64,000 nucleotides of DNA from Alphaproteobacteria bacterium (GCA_965221125.1 CBDCRW010000006.1:768001-832000), one strand, 5' to 3'. Numbered from the stretch's first letter, positions 28,338 through 39,969 are shown. The notes: a model not told the origin generated them from the sequence alone. Numbers and translations are program-made.

Positions 28338-28884
28338 GCGCTGGGGCCCGCTGCGGCGGGCCCGACGACGCGCGGTACTCGCCGGCCCGGTTCGCGTAGC
28401 GCCGGGCGATGCTCACGATCGTCTCGCGCTCCGCATTGCTCACCATGCGCACGGCCTTTGCCGGCCGGCCCATCCACATCTCGCCGCTCTTGACCCGCTT
28501 GCCCGGCGTCACCAGTGCGCCGGCGGCGACCCAGGCGCCGGTCTCGACCACGGCATAGTCCATCACCGTGGCGCCCATGCCGATCATGCAGCCATCCTCC
28601 AGCACGCAGGCGTGGAGCAGGCACATGTGGCCCACTACAACGTCCTCGCCGATCAGCGTGGGGCCGTCGGCGGTGGCGGTGTGGACGATCGTGCCGTCCT
28701 GGACGTTGCTGCGCGCGCCCACGCGGATGTGGTTCACGTCGCCCCGCAGGACGCAGTTGAACCAGATGCTCGACTGCGCGCCGAGCACGACATCGCCGAT
28801 CACGTGGCTGCCGGCGGCGACGAAGGCGCTCGGCGCCACGTTGGGCCAGCGGTGGTGGTAGGGGAGCAGCAGGCCGGCGGACAT
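28291..28884 (-). CDS. Gamma-carbonic-anhydrase family protein
   Basis: IGDVVLG..SIWFNCVLRGDVN..NVQDG..H hexapeptide repeats. Confidence 0.9.
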   Translation of the reverse strand: MSAGLLLPYHHRWPNVAPSAFVAAGSHVIGDVVLGAQSSIWFNCVLRGDVNHIRVGARSNVQDGTIVHTATADGPTLIGEDVVVGHMCLLHACVLEDGCMIGMGATVMDYAVVETGAWVAAGALVTPGKRVKSGEMWMGRPAKAVRMVSNAERETIVSIARRYANRAGEYRASSGPPQRAPALTTPGRRSRARPRSV

Positions 28885-28898
28885 TCGCTCCGGCACTC

Positions 28899-29957
28899 CT
28901 ATGGGAACAGCGGCGCCTGCTCGAGCCCGGTCGTCTCCGGCAGGGCGTGTATCAGGTTCATGTTCTGGATCGCCTGGCCGGAGGCACCCTTCACCAGGTT
29001 GTCGATGGCCGAGATCAGGATGGCGCGTCCCTCGATGCGGTCGTCGAAGACCCCGATGAGGCAGTGGTTCGAGCCCCGCACGTGGCGGGTCGCGGGCGCC
29101 GCGCCCTCGGGCAGGACGCGCACGAAGGGCTCGTCCGCGTAGCGCCGGGCAAGCGCCTTGCGCAGGGCATCGGCGCCCTTGGTGGTGCGGACGTAGATCG
29201 TCGCCAGGATGCCCCGGTTCATCGGCATGAGGTGGGGCGTGAAGTTGACCCGCACGTCGCGCCCCGCCGCTGCCGCGAGGCCTTGCTCGATCTCCGGCGC
29301 ATGACGATGGCGGGCGACGCCGTAGGCATGCACGCCCTCGCCGACCTCGGCGAAGAGGCTCCCCTGCTTCGCCTCGCGGCCGGCGCCAGAGACCCCCGAC
29401 TTGGCGTCGATGATGATGTCCTCGCTCTCGATCAGCCCGTCTTCGAGCAGCGGCGCCAGCGGAAGCTGGGAGGCGGTCGGGTAGCAGCCGGGGTTGGCGA
29501 TGAGGCGCGCGCCGCGAATATTGTCCCGCGCAAGCTCGGTCAGCCCGTACACGGCCTCGCCCTGGAGCGCGACGGCGCCGTGCGCCCGCCCGTACCACGC
29601 GGCGTAGACCTCCGGGTCCGCGAGCCGGAAGTCGGCCGAGAGGTCCACCACCTTGAGATGGCCGGGCAGCGCCGCGACGACCTCTTGCGTGGTGCCGTGG
29701 GGCAGGCAGCAGAAGACCGCGTCGAGCGCGTCCCAGGCGGCGTCCCCGATCTTGACGAGGTCGGGGAAGCCCGCGCCGTCGAGGTGGGGAAAGACCGCGC
29801 CGAGCCTCTGGCCCGCGCGCCGCTCGGCGGTGAGCAGACCCACCGAGAAGCCGTCGTGGCCCGCCAGCAGGCGCAGCAGTTCGCCGCCGGTATAGCCGCT
29901 CGCGCCGAGCACGCCCACGCGCGCGGTGTTGCCCGTGCCGGTGGAGGAGGGGCTCAT
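28899..29957 (-). CDS. argC: N-acetyl-gamma-glutamyl-phosphate reductase
   Basis: GASGYTG, DLSADFR, NPGCYPT, DNLVKGASGQA. Confidence 0.96.
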   Translation of the reverse strand: MSPSSTGTGNTARVGVLGASGYTGGELLRLLAGHDGFSVGLLTAERRAGQRLGAVFPHLDGAGFPDLVKIGDAAWDALDAVFCCLPHGTTQEVVAALPGHLKVVDLSADFRLADPEVYAAWYGRAHGAVALQGEAVYGLTELARDNIRGARLIANPGCYPTASQLPLAPLLEDGLIESEDIIIDAKSGVSGAGREAKQGSLFAEVGEGVHAYGVARHRHAPEIEQGLAAAAGRDVRVNFTPHLMPMNRGILATIYVRTTKGADALRKALARRYADEPFVRVLPEGAAPATRHVRGSNHCLIGVFDDRIEGRAILISAIDNLVKGASGQAIQNMNLIHALPETTGLEQAPLFP

Positions 29958-30014
29958 GGGTCGCCTATTGCGGTCGCGAAAGCCGGAGGAAAAGGCGCGC
30001 CGGCAACGCCTGCC

Positions 30015-30497
30015 TCAGCGTTTGGAGAACTGGAAGCTCCGGCGGGCCTTGCGCTTGCCGTACTTCTTGCGCTCCACGACGCGGCTGTCGCGGGTGAGGA
30101 AGCCGCCGGACTTGAGCATCTTGCGGAGCTCCGGCTCGCGCGCGGCGAGCGCCCGGCTGATGCCGTGTCGAAGCGCACCTGCCTGGCCGGAGAGGCCGCC
30201 GCCCTTGACCGTGCAGATGACGTCGTACTGAGTGCGGCGCCCCACCAGCTCCGCCGGCTGGTTGATGATCATCCGGAGCGCAGGGCGGGCGAAATAGGTC
30301 TCCACCGCGCGCTTGTTGACCGTGATCGTGCCGATGCCGGGGCGCAGCCACACCCGGGCCACCGCGTCCTTGCGCTTGCCGGTCGCGTAGGTGCGGCCCA
30401 GGCGGTCGATCTGCGGCTCGGGCTCGATGTCCGCGTCGGGCCGGGCGACCTCGCCGAGCTCGGCAAGGCTGGTCAGGGTTTTCGGCTCGTCAGCCAC
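30015..30497 (-). CDS. rpsI: 30S ribosomal protein S9
   Basis: [27 protein letters not shown]. Confidence 0.98.
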   Translation of the reverse strand: MADEPKTLTSLAELGEVARPDADIEPEPQIDRLGRTYATGKRKDAVARVWLRPGIGTITVNKRAVETYFARPALRMIINQPAELVGRRTQYDVICTVKGGGLSGQAGALRHGISRALAAREPELRKMLKSGGFLTRDSRVVERKKYGKRKARRSFQFSKR

Positions 30498-30963
30498 GGA
30501 GCGTGCTCCTCGCGTTCTTCGGATTCATCGCGGCGATGTCGAGGGGTTCGGGTTGCTGCGCCTCGTGCGGATGGTCCGGGCCGGCATAGACCTTGAGGTT
30601 CGCCATCTGCTGGCGCCCCAAGGGGCCCTTGGGGATCATCCGCTGCACCGCCTTGATCACCACCGTCTCCGGCTTCTTGCCGCCGAGGATGCGCGCTGCG
30701 GTGCGGGTCTTGAGCCCGCCGGGGTAGCCGGTGTGGTGATGGTAGAGCTTGTCTTCCCGCTTGCGCCCGGTGAGCCGCACCTTGCCGGCATTGACGATGA
30801 TGATGTTGTCGCCGCAATCCATGTGCGGCGTGTAGCTCGGCTTGTGCTTGCCGCGCAGGCGGGTGGCGACGATGGACGCGAGCCTGCCGAGGACGATGTC
30901 CTCGGCGTCCACCAGCATCCACTTCTTCTCGATGGTGGCAGGCGTTGCCGAGAAGGTTTTCAT
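30490..30963 (-). CDS. rplM: 50S ribosomal protein L13
   Basis: [30 protein letters not shown]. Confidence 0.98.
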   Translation of the reverse strand: MKTFSATPATIEKKWMLVDAEDIVLGRLASIVATRLRGKHKPSYTPHMDCGDNIIIVNAGKVRLTGRKREDKLYHHHTGYPGGLKTRTAARILGGKKPETVVIKAVQRMIPKGPLGRQQMANLKVYAGPDHPHEAQQPEPLDIAAMNPKNARSTLRG

Positions 30964-31119
30964 TGCGCTCACGACGGTGGGATTAGATGCAACGGCGCGC
31001 GGGTGTATCCGGCGAACGCCGGCCCGCGCGTCGGGGCGCAGTATGCCACAGGATCGGCCGCAGTCAACGGCGGCTTTGCGCGGCGCAGGGTCTGCTCTGG
31101 CGGTGCGTCAGTGGGCGTG

Positions 31120-33885
31120 TCAGTGGGCGTCGGCCCAGCTCCCGCCGGTGCCGACATCGACGGTGAGCGGCACGTCGAGATAGGCCGCGCCTTCCATCAC
31201 CCGCTTCACCACCGCGGCGGTCTCGTCCACCTCCGCTTCCGGCACCTCGAACACCAGCTCGTCGTGGACCTGCAGCAGCATCCGGGCGCCCAGGCCTTGG
31301 GCCTCCAGCGCGCCCTGCATGGGGATCATCGCGCGCTTGATGACGTCGGCCGCGGCCCCCTGGATCGGCGCGTTGATCGCCGCCCGCTCCGAGAACGCGC
31401 GGCGCGCCGGGTTGCGGTCGTTGATCCCCGGCAACCGGCACTTGCGGCCGAAGAGCGTGGTCACGAAGCCCTCCGCATGGGCCGCCTTCTTGGTGCGCTC
31501 CATGTAATCCCTTATGCCGGGATAGCGCGTGAAATAGGCCTCGATGTAGCCCTTGGCCTCGGCCTGCGGCACGCCGATCTGGCGCGCGAGCCCGAAGGGG
31601 CTGATGCCGTAGATGATACCGAAGTTGATCGCCTTGGCCGAGCGGCGGACCATCGGGTCCATGCCCTCCAGCGGCACGTCGAACACCTGGCTCGCGGTCA
31701 GCGCGTGGATGTCGATCCCCTCGCGGAAGGCGTCCTTCAGCGGGTCCACGCCGGCCACGTGGGCGAGGATGCGAAGCTCGATCTGCGAGTAGTCGGCGGA
31801 CATCAGCACGTGGCCCGGCGCGGCCACGAAGGCGCGGCGGATGCGGCGGCCCTCCTCGGTGCGGATCGGGATGTTCTGCAGGTTCGGGTCGTTGGACGAC
31901 AGCCTGCCGGTGTTGGCGGCGGTCATGGTGAAGGTCGTGTGCACGCGCCGGCTCCGGGGGTCGATGTGCTCAATCAGGGCATCGGTGTAAGTGCTCTTGA
32001 GCTTGGTGAGCTGGCGCCAGTCGAGCACCCGCGCCGGCAGGTCGTGGCCCTGCGCCGCCAGCTCCTCCAGGATGTCGGCGCCGGTGCTGTAGGCGCCCGA
32101 CTTGCCCTTGCGCCCGCTCTGCAGGCCCATCTCGTCGAACAGGACCTCGCCCAGCTGCTTGGGCGAGCCGATGGTGAAGGGATGGCCGGCGAGCGCGTGG
32201 ATCTCGCTCTCCAGCGCCTCGATCCGGCCCGCAAAATCCGCCGAGAGCGCGACCAGCTCGCCCTGGTCGACGAGGATGCCGGCGGCTTCCATCCGGGCGA
32301 GCACGCCGATCAGCGGGCGCTCGATCCGCTCGTACACCGTGGTGAGGCGGTCGGCGACGAGGCGCGGCCGGATGACCCGGTGCAGGCGGAGCGCGAGATC
32401 GGCGTGCGCCGCCGCGGTATCCCGCAGCGCCTCGGGCGAGAGCGCGTCGACGGAAACCTTGCTGCGCCCGCTGCCGAGCAGGTCGGCCAGCGCCGGCGCC
32501 GCGCGGTCGAGGTGGATGCGCGTGAGGTCGTCTAGCGCGTGGTTGTGCAGGCTGCCGTCGAGCACCCAGGAGCCCAGCATGGGATCGTCCACCGGGGCGA
32601 GCTTCGCGCCGCGCTTCGCCAGCAGGCGCACGGTCTGCTTGATGTCGAGGGCGAGCTTGAGCACGCCGGGGTCTCTCAGCACCGGGTCGAGAACCGCCAG
32701 CGCGTCGGCAAGGCCGAGTTGCGGGATCGCTTCTTCGGCACCCAACAGGTCGGGGCCGGCGTGGCCGAGGGGGACGTAACAGGCCTCCCCCGGCGCGGTG
32801 GCGAGCGCGAGGCCGGCGAGCCCGGCGCCCTCCGATGCCCCGGCCGCCCGGAACGGCTCCAGCGCGAGCACGCCGCTCTCGCGCGCCTTCTCCGCCCAGT
32901 CCGCGAGCGCGCCTGTATCCGTCACCAGCGGGTAGGCGGAGGGGAGCGGGGCCGCCTCCTCCGGCTCCGCCTCCTCCTCCGCGAGCCTCGTCTCTCCGTC
33001 GTCGCCATCTAGCCGTGCTGCGATCGAGCGGAAGCCGTTCTCCAGGAAGAAGGCGCGGAGCGCGCCCGGCTCCGGCTGCTTGCGCGCCAGTGCTTCGAGC
33101 GGCAGCGGCAGCGGCGCATCGCGGCGCAGCGTGACGAGTTCGCGCGAGACGCGCGCCATCTCGGCATGCTCGATCAGGTTCTGGCGCCGCTTGGGCTGCT
33201 TGATCTCCTCGGCGCGCGCCAACAGCGCGTCGAGGTCGCCATAGTCGTTGATGAGCTGCGCCGCCGTCTTGACCCCGATGCCGGGCACGCCCGGCACGTT
33301 GTCGGAGCTGTCGCCGGCCAGCGCCTGCACGTCGACCACCCGCTCGGGCCCGACGCCGAAGCGCTCCTGCACCTGGTCCGGTCCGATCTCCCGGTTCTTG
33401 AAGTAGTCGTACATGACCACCGAATCGCCTTCGACGAGCTGCATCAGGTCCTTGTCGGCGGAGACGATGGTGACCCGCGCACCTTGCGCCCGCGCGGCGA
33501 CAGCATAGGCCGCGATCAGGTCGTCGGCCTCGAAGCCTTCCAGCTCGATGGACGCGAGGTTGAAGGCGCCTGCGGCCTCCCGCACCAGCGGGAACTGCGG
33601 GATCAGCTCCTCCGGCGTCTCCCCCCGGTTTGCCTTGTAGGGCTCGTAGATATCGTTGCGGAAGGTCAGCCGTGCGGTGTCGAAGATCACCGCCGCGTGG
33701 TCCGCGTCGGTCTCCCGCAGGATCTTCCAGAGCATGTTGGTGAAGCCGAGCACCGCATTGACCGGCGTGCCGTCCGCGCGCGTCAGGGGGGGAAGCGCGT
33801 GGAAGGCGCGGAAGATGAAGCCCGAGCCGTCGATCAGGTAGAGATGGCGCAGGGCATTCGCGTCGTCGGGGGCGTCGTTGCTCAC
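31120..33885 (-). CDS. polA: DNA polymerase I
   Basis: LIDGS, GDSSDNVPGVPGIG, GRLSS.DPNLQNIP, DYSQIELR, LQVHDELV; start approximate. Confidence 0.97.
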   Translation of the reverse strand: MSNDAPDDANALRHLYLIDGSGFIFRAFHALPPLTRADGTPVNAVLGFTNMLWKILRETDADHAAVIFDTARLTFRNDIYEPYKANRGETPEELIPQFPLVREAAGAFNLASIELEGFEADDLIAAYAVAARAQGARVTIVSADKDLMQLVEGDSVVMYDYFKNREIGPDQVQERFGVGPERVVDVQALAGDSSDNVPGVPGIGVKTAAQLINDYGDLDALLARAEEIKQPKRRQNLIEHAEMARVSRELVTLRRDAPLPLPLEALARKQPEPGALRAFFLENGFRSIAARLDGDDGETRLAEEEAEPEEAAPLPSAYPLVTDTGALADWAEKARESGVLALEPFRAAGASEGAGLAGLALATAPGEACYVPLGHAGPDLLGAEEAIPQLGLADALAVLDPVLRDPGVLKLALDIKQTVRLLAKRGAKLAPVDDPMLGSWVLDGSLHNHALDDLTRIHLDRAAPALADLLGSGRSKVSVDALSPEALRDTAAAHADLALRLHRVIRPRLVADRLTTVYERIERPLIGVLARMEAAGILVDQGELVALSADFAGRIEALESEIHALAGHPFTIGSPKQLGEVLFDEMGLQSGRKGKSGAYSTGADILEELAAQGHDLPARVLDWRQLTKLKSTYTDALIEHIDPRSRRVHTTFTMTAANTGRLSSNDPNLQNIPIRTEEGRRIRRAFVAAPGHVLMSADYSQIELRILAHVAGVDPLKDAFREGIDIHALTASQVFDVPLEGMDPMVRRSAKAINFGIIYGISPFGLARQIGVPQAEAKGYIEAYFTRYPGIRDYMERTKKAAHAEGFVTTLFGRKCRLPGINDRNPARRAFSERAAINAPIQGAAADVIKRAMIPMQGALEAQGLGARMLLQVHDELVFEVPEAEVDETAAVVKRVMEGAAYLDVPLTVDVGTGGSWADAH

Positions 33886-34019
33886 GGTGGGCGTTCCGGC
33901 GTCAGGGTCGCGGGGCTCTTGCCCTCGGCGATGCGCGCCACTATGCCACGCAGGCCGGCCCTCGCACAGCGGGCGCCGCGCGGACGCTGCCATCCGTCGC
34001 CAACCGCGAGCCACCGCCC

Positions 34020-35189
34020 GTGTCTGCCCGCAGCGCTGCCACCGCTTACGCCGCGCCCCGCATCTCCGCCTTCTACGCGGCGTATTTCCTGGTGGCCGGC
34101 GTGGCGCTGCCGTTCTGGCCGCTCTTCCTGCAGGCGCGCGGCCTCTCGGTCACCGAGATCGGGCTGATGCTGGGCCTCACGCTCATGCTGCGGGCTGCCG
34201 TGGGTCCCTTCATCGGCCGCTTCGCCGACCGGCGCGACAGCACGCGCGGCCCGCTCGTCGCCTGCGCGTTCAGCGTGCTGCTGGTCGCTGCCGCCTTCTA
34301 CTGGACCTGGGGCTTCTGGCCGATCTTCGTCGTGAGCACCGTGTTCACGCTGGTCTACGCCGGCGTGCTGCCGTTGGGCGAGACCATCGCGCTCCGCACG
34401 GTCTCGGCGGAATCGGGCTACGGCCGCGTGCGGCTCTGGGGCTCGGTCTCCTACCTGCTGGCGGCGGCGGTAGGCGGCGCGGTGCTGGAAGTCGCCGCGG
34501 TGCCGTCGGCCGAGCTCATCGTCACCATGATCCTCGTCTGCATCGCGCTGATGATCGCAGGCTCCTGCGCCATGCCGGACAAGCGGGGCGGCGACGCGCC
34601 ACCTGCCGCGCCGATCCTGAGCGTGCTGGGCGACCGGCAGTTCCGCCTCATGCTCTACGCCACGACCGCGATTCACGGCGCGCATGCCGTCTTCTACGGC
34701 TTCTCGACGCTGCACTGGCTCGGCGCCGGGATCACGGAGTGGGTGGTCGGCATGCTCTGGGCGGGCGGCGTCATCGCCGAGGTGATCCTGTTCGCCTGCA
34801 ACGCGCCGTTGCTGCGGCGCATCGGCCCGGTAGGGCTGCTCGGCGCAGCGGCGGTTGCCGGCGTGATCCGTTGGGCGGTGCTGGCGCTGACGACGGAGGT
34901 CTGGGCGCTCGCGCTTGCCCAATGCCTGCACGCGCTCACCTTCGGCGCGATGCACCTGGGCGCGATGGTGTTCATCGCCCGCACGGTGCCCGCCGGGTCC
35001 TCCAACACGGCGCAGGCGCTCTTCGCCGCGCTCACCAACGGGCTCGGGCTGGGCGCCGGGCTGCTGATCGCGGGCCTGCTGTATGCCGCCTGGGGCGCGG
35101 GCGCCTACTGGGTGTGCGCGGCGGTCTCCGGCCTGGGCTTCGTCGCGGTGCTGGCGATGATGACAGGGGCTGGAAGAAAGACGGCTTAG
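34020..35189 (+). CDS. MFS transporter (HcaT-like)
   Basis: About 12 TM segments, YGRVRLWGS, LHALTFG. Confidence 0.85.
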   Translation: MSARSAATAYAAPRISAFYAAYFLVAGVALPFWPLFLQARGLSVTEIGLMLGLTLMLRAAVGPFIGRFADRRDSTRGPLVACAFSVLLVAAAFYWTWGFWPIFVVSTVFTLVYAGVLPLGETIALRTVSAESGYGRVRLWGSVSYLLAAAVGGAVLEVAAVPSAELIVTMILVCIALMIAGSCAMPDKRGGDAPPAAPILSVLGDRQFRLMLYATTAIHGAHAVFYGFSTLHWLGAGITEWVVGMLWAGGVIAEVILFACNAPLLRRIGPVGLLGAAAVAGVIRWAVLALTTEVWALALAQCLHALTFGAMHLGAMVFIARTVPAGSSNTAQALFAALTNGLGLGAGLLIAGLLYAAWGAGAYWVCAAVSGLGFVAVLAMMTGAGRKTA

Positions 35190-35371
35190 TGGCTGGCGGC
35201 CTTGGCCACCCTTTCCTTGAGCACGAAGCGGCGGTCGCAGTAGGGGCAGTCGACGGCGCCGTTCGTTTCCAGATTGAGGTACACGCGCGGGTGGCCCAGC
35301 GCGCCGCCGCCGCCGTCGCACGCGACGACCGTGTCTTCGACCTCGATGATCTCTGGCGGATCGATGGTCAC
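35186..35371 (-). CDS. CHCC zinc-finger protein
   Basis: VACDGGGGALGHPRVYL..CPYC. Confidence 0.9.
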   Translation of the reverse strand: MTIDPPEIIEVEDTVVACDGGGGALGHPRVYLNLETNGAVDCPYCDRRFVLKERVAKAASH

Positions 35372-35526
35372 CGGGTGTCCCTCGTCGTTGCTGGCGGCAC
35401 CACGCCGGGATTTGACCCCGGCGGCGGGGCGATGATACCCATTGCCCGCCGCCGTTCAACCGGGCGCCGCCACCAGCGGCGGCAGCATCCGCGCCACCGA
35501 TATCCACACCGCCGCGAGGCCGCGCC

Positions 35527-36420
35527 ATGAGCGAGCCGCTCCCCTACGTCCGTGAGCTCGAATTCACCTATGGCGCGGTGGCGCAGGTCTCGCCGCTGAT
35601 CCGCCGGGTCATCGCGCACAACCCGAGCGTCTTCACCTTCCACGGCACCGGCACCTACATCGTGGGCCGCGGCAAGGTGGCGATCATCGACGCCGGGCCG
35701 GACCTGGCCCAGCACGTCGACGCCGTGCTCGCGGCCGTGCACGGCGAGACAGTGACCCACCTCGTCGTGACCCACACTCACATCGACCACTCGCCGGCGA
35801 CGCGCCACATCAAGGCCGCGACCGGCGCGGCAAGCTACGGCTTCGGCCCGCACGGCGGCGGGGAGGGACCGGCCGTCGAGGAAGGCGCGGACCGCGACTT
35901 CGTGCCGGACCACCGGCTCGAGGACGGCGCGGTCGTCGAAGGCGCCGGCTGGACGCTGGAGGCCGTGCACACCCCCGGCCACACGTCGAACCACCTCTGC
36001 TTCACGCTGGCGGAGGAGAACGCGCTCTTCTCCGGCGATCACGTGATGGGGTGGTCGACCACCGTGGTCTCGCCCCCCGACGGCGACATGGGCGCCTACA
36101 TGGCCTCGCTGGACAAGCTCAAGGCGCGCGAGGAGACGACCTACTGGCCCACGCACGGGCCGCCGATCCCGAAGCCGCAGCGCTACGTCGGCAAGCTGCT
36201 CGCGCACCGGCGCCAGCGGGAAGCGGAGATCCTCTCGGCCGTCGCCGAGGGCGCTTCGACCATCCCGGAGGTCGTGGCGCTCCGCTACCGGGGGCTCGAC
36301 CCGCGGCTGCGCCCCGCCGCGGCGCGGACCGTGCTCGCCCACCTGATCCACCTGGTGGAAAGCGGCCGCGTCGCCTGCCCCGGCACGCCGGACGAGGACG
36401 CGCACTACCGCGCGACTTGA
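35527..36420 (+). CDS. Metallo-beta-lactamase-fold hydrolase
   Basis: THTHIDH, TPGHT, FSGDH, PTHG. Confidence 0.92.
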   Translation: MSEPLPYVRELEFTYGAVAQVSPLIRRVIAHNPSVFTFHGTGTYIVGRGKVAIIDAGPDLAQHVDAVLAAVHGETVTHLVVTHTHIDHSPATRHIKAATGAASYGFGPHGGGEGPAVEEGADRDFVPDHRLEDGAVVEGAGWTLEAVHTPGHTSNHLCFTLAEENALFSGDHVMGWSTTVVSPPDGDMGAYMASLDKLKAREETTYWPTHGPPIPKPQRYVGKLLAHRRQREAEILSAVAEGASTIPEVVALRYRGLDPRLRPAAARTVLAHLIHLVESGRVACPGTPDEDAHYRAT

Positions 36421-36464
36421 GCCCTTGCCGCCCGGCCCCTGTGGCGTGGGCAGCCGCTCCCGCC

Positions 36465-37253
36465 CTACCCCCGCTTCTTGGGCGGCGAGTCGCGGAACTC
36501 CTTGACCTGGGTCGCGGCCGCGCGCTGGAGCAGGCGCGCATCGCCGCCGGCGATGACCATATGGTAGCCGCGCTCGAAGGTCCAGTTGACGGACTTGCCG
36601 GGGCGGGTGACCGTGCCGAGCAGCTTGCCCGTCGCCCGCAACTTGCGCTCGGCCTTCTGGATGAGCCGGATCACCTTGGGCTCCTGCATGTCGAGCATGT
36701 GGTCGATGCTCGCCGACACGTCGCTCGGCCCGAGGAACAGCATGTCGACGCCGTCGACCGCCGCGATCTCCTCGATGTTGTCGATGGCCTCCTCGGTCTC
36801 GATCTGGCAGGCGACCAGCAGCTCATGCGGCATCGCGTCGAGGTAGGCCTTGAGTCGCGTGCCCCAGCCGGAGCAGCGGCCGGCGTGGGGCGCCACGCCA
36901 CGCACGCCCGTGGTGGGAAAGCGGCAGGCGGCGACCGCGGCTTCGGCCTCGGCGGCGTTCTGCACGTAGGGAATGATGATGCCCATCACGCCGATGTCGA
37001 GCGCGCGCTTGATGTAGACCATGTCGTTCCACGGCACGCGCATCATCGGCGTCGCCCCGGAGGCGCTCGCGGCCTGCATGAGGGTTACGGCGTTCAGGAG
37101 GTCGCCGGGGCCGTGCTCGTGATCCATGATGACCGCGTCGTAGCCGGCGTCGGCGACGATCTCGGCGGCGATGGGGCTGCCCATGGAGAGCCAGGCCCCG
37201 AGCGCGGGCTCGCCCGCGAGCATCTTTCTCTTGCAGCGGTTCTCGACGGTCAT
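36465..37253 (-). CDS. HpcH/HpaI aldolase family protein
   Basis: DHEHG, RVP, KRALDIG, QIET, FLGPSD. Confidence 0.9.
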   Translation of the reverse strand: MTVENRCKRKMLAGEPALGAWLSMGSPIAAEIVADAGYDAVIMDHEHGPGDLLNAVTLMQAASASGATPMMRVPWNDMVYIKRALDIGVMGIIIPYVQNAAEAEAAVAACRFPTTGVRGVAPHAGRCSGWGTRLKAYLDAMPHELLVACQIETEEAIDNIEEIAAVDGVDMLFLGPSDVSASIDHMLDMQEPKVIRLIQKAERKLRATGKLLGTVTRPGKSVNWTFERGYHMVIAGGDARLLQRAAATQVKEFRDSPPKKRG

Positions 37254-37419
37254 GCGCGGCGCCTCCGGATGATGAGTGGGTGAGAGGGGACGGCCATCGG
37301 TCCAGGACGGGCGGACCATGGGCGCGGCCGGTTCTACCACGCAGGGCGCGGGCGGGCGAGGGAGGCGGCGTGCTGCAGCGGGCGCGCAGGTCGCGCCGGC
37401 CGCAGCTCTGCGTCAGCGT

Positions 37420-39867
37420 TCAGGAAACAGGCGGCGGGACGGGCGCCTCGTGGCCGCCCAGCGGAGGCAGGACGCTCACGTCCGCGTCGTCGTCTGTGCC
37501 GAGCCCGTGGAGCGCCGCTTCGTCCGCGTCGGTCCACTCGATGGGCACGAGCGGGGCGACGAGCGCGTGCTTCAGGATGTCGTCCATCGACTCGACCGCG
37601 ATGATGGTGAGGTCCTTCTTCACGTTGTCCGGGATGTCGTCGAGGTCCTTCTCGTTCTCCTTCGGGATCAGGACCGTGGTGAGGCCCCCGCGCAGCGCCG
37701 CCAGCATCTTCTCCTTGAGGCCGCCGATCGGCAGCACGCGCCCGCGCAGCGTGATCTCGCCGGTCATGGCGATCGACTTGCGGACCGCGATTCCCGTCAG
37801 TACCGAGACGATGGAGGTCACCATGGCGACGCCGGCGGACGGGCCGTCCTTGGGTGTCGCCCCCTCCGGCACGTGGACGTGGATGTCGCGCTTGCTCAGG
37901 ATCGTCGGCCTGATGCCGAACTCGACCGCGCGCGACTTCACGTAGCTCTCGGCCGCCTGCACCGATTCCTTCATCACGTCGCCGAGCTTGCCGGTGGAGA
38001 TCACGCGGCCCTTGCCCGGCAGCGTCACCGACTCGATGGAGAGCAGCTCGCCGCCGAACTCGGTCCAGGCGAGGCCCGTGGTGACGCCCACCATGTCCTC
38101 GTGCTCGGCCTCGCCGTAGCGGAACTTGCGGATGCCGGCGAACTTCTTGAGGTTGCGCCGGGTGATGCGAACCTTCTCGCGGCCTTCCGCCACGATCTCC
38201 CGCGTCGCCTTGCGCGCGAGGTTGGCGAGCTCGCGCTCCAGATTGCGGACGCCGGCCTCGCGCGTGTAGTAGCGGATGAGATCGACCAGCGCCTCGTTCG
38301 AGATCGACCACTCGCCCTTCTTGAGCGCGTGCGCCTTGGCCTGCTTCGGAATCAGGTGGCGCTTGGCGATCTGAATCTTCTCGTCCTCGGTGTAGCCGGG
38401 GATGCGGATGGTCTCCATCCGGTCGAGCAGCGCCGGCGCCATGCGGAGCGTATTCGCCGTGGTGATGAACATCACGTCCGAGAGGTCGTAGTCGACCTCC
38501 AGGTAGTGGTCGTTGAACGTGTTGTTCTGCTCCGGGTCCAGCACCTCCAGCAGGGCGGAGGCGGGATCGCCCCGGAAGTCGGCGCCCATCTTGTCGACCT
38601 CGTCGAGGAGGAAGAGCGGGTTGGACGACTTCGCCTTCTTCATCGACTGGATGATCTTGCCGGGCAGCGAGCCGATGTAGGTGCGGCGGTGGCCCCGGAT
38701 CTCGGCCTCGTCGCGGACGCCGCCCAGGGAGAAGCGCACGAAGTTGCGCCCCGTTGCCCGCGCCACCGACTTGCCGAGGGAGGTCTTGCCCACGCCGGGC
38801 GGGCCCACCAGGCAGAGGATCGGCCCCTTCATCTTGCGCGAGCGCTGCTGCACCGCGAGGTACTCGAGGATCCGCTCCTTGACCTTCTGCAGCCCGTAGT
38901 GGTCGTCGTTCAGGATCTTCTCGGCGTTCCTGATGTCCTTCTTGATGCGGGTGCGCTTCTTCCACGGGATCGACAGCATCCAGTCGAGGTAGTTGCGGAC
39001 CACCGTGGCCTCGGCCGACATCGGGCTCATGGAGCGCAGCTTCTTCACTTCCGCCAGCGACTTCTCGCGCGCCTCCTTGGAGAGCTTGGTGGCCTTGATG
39101 CGCGCCTCGAACTCCGCCGCCTCGTCGCGCCCGTCCTCGCCTTCGCCCAGCTCCTTCTGGATCGCCTTCATCTGCTCGTTCAGGTAGTACTCGCGCTGCG
39201 TCTTCTCCATCTGGCGCTTGACGCGCGAGCGGATGCGCTTTTCCACCTGAAGCACCCCGATCTCGCCCTCCATCAGCGAGATCACGCGTTCCAGCCGGCC
39301 GCTGACCGAGCCGATCTCCAGCAGCTCCTGCTTCTCCTCCAGCTTGATGGAGAGGTGCGAGGCGATGGTGTCCGCGAGCTTGCTCGGCTCCTCGATCTGG
39401 TTCACCGAGACCAGGACCTCGGGCGGCACCTTCTTGTTGAGCTTCACGTACTGCTCGAACTGGCCCGCCACCGAGCGGCCGAGCGCCTCCAGCTCGCCGG
39501 GGTCGCCCTCTTCCTCCTCCATCTTCTCGGCCCGCGCCTCGAAGAACGCCGGGTTTTCGCGGAACTCGACGATCCGCGCGCGGGCGCCGCCTTCCACCAG
39601 CACCTTGACGGTGCCGTCCGGCAGCTTGAGGAGCTGAAGCACCGAGCCGACCACGCCGACGGAATGGATGTCCTTGGGCGCAGGCTCGTCCTGCGAGGCG
39701 TTCTTCTGCGCCACGAGGAGGATCTGCTTGTCGTCCTTCATGACGGTCTCGAGCGCCGCCACCGATTTCTCGCGGCCGACGAACAGCGGCACGATCATGT
39801 GCGGAAAGACGACGATGTCCCTGAGCGGCAGGACCGGGTAGCTCGGTATCGACGAGACGTCCAACAT
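37420..39867 (-). CDS. lon: Lon protease
   Basis: [33 protein letters not shown]. Confidence 0.98.
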   Translation of the reverse strand: MLDVSSIPSYPVLPLRDIVVFPHMIVPLFVGREKSVAALETVMKDDKQILLVAQKNASQDEPAPKDIHSVGVVGSVLQLLKLPDGTVKVLVEGGARARIVEFRENPAFFEARAEKMEEEEGDPGELEALGRSVAGQFEQYVKLNKKVPPEVLVSVNQIEEPSKLADTIASHLSIKLEEKQELLEIGSVSGRLERVISLMEGEIGVLQVEKRIRSRVKRQMEKTQREYYLNEQMKAIQKELGEGEDGRDEAAEFEARIKATKLSKEAREKSLAEVKKLRSMSPMSAEATVVRNYLDWMLSIPWKKRTRIKKDIRNAEKILNDDHYGLQKVKERILEYLAVQQRSRKMKGPILCLVGPPGVGKTSLGKSVARATGRNFVRFSLGGVRDEAEIRGHRRTYIGSLPGKIIQSMKKAKSSNPLFLLDEVDKMGADFRGDPASALLEVLDPEQNNTFNDHYLEVDYDLSDVMFITTANTLRMAPALLDRMETIRIPGYTEDEKIQIAKRHLIPKQAKAHALKKGEWSISNEALVDLIRYYTREAGVRNLERELANLARKATREIVAEGREKVRITRRNLKKFAGIRKFRYGEAEHEDMVGVTTGLAWTEFGGELLSIESVTLPGKGRVISTGKLGDVMKESVQAAESYVKSRAVEFGIRPTILSKRDIHVHVPEGATPKDGPSAGVAMVTSIVSVLTGIAVRKSIAMTGEITLRGRVLPIGGLKEKMLAALRGGLTTVLIPKENEKDLDDIPDNVKKDLTIIAVESMDDILKHALVAPLVPIEWTDADEAALHGLGTDDDADVSVLPPLGGHEAPVPPPVS

Positions 39868-39969
39868 TCTCCCTCGCGCGCCTTGGGATTGCGCTTCAGA
39901 GCGGTGACTCGCGCCACCGCCCCACCTCAGGCAAGGTAAGTACGATGGCGCTGTCGTTCAAGCGTCCGC

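Noticed and set aside
37276-39939. 887-aa + strand ORF, and similar long ORFs at 30391-32535, 47776-49842, 53786-56422 and 54250-56454
   Set aside because: Antisense or off-frame shadows of clear genes, expected in high-GC DNA; no motifs
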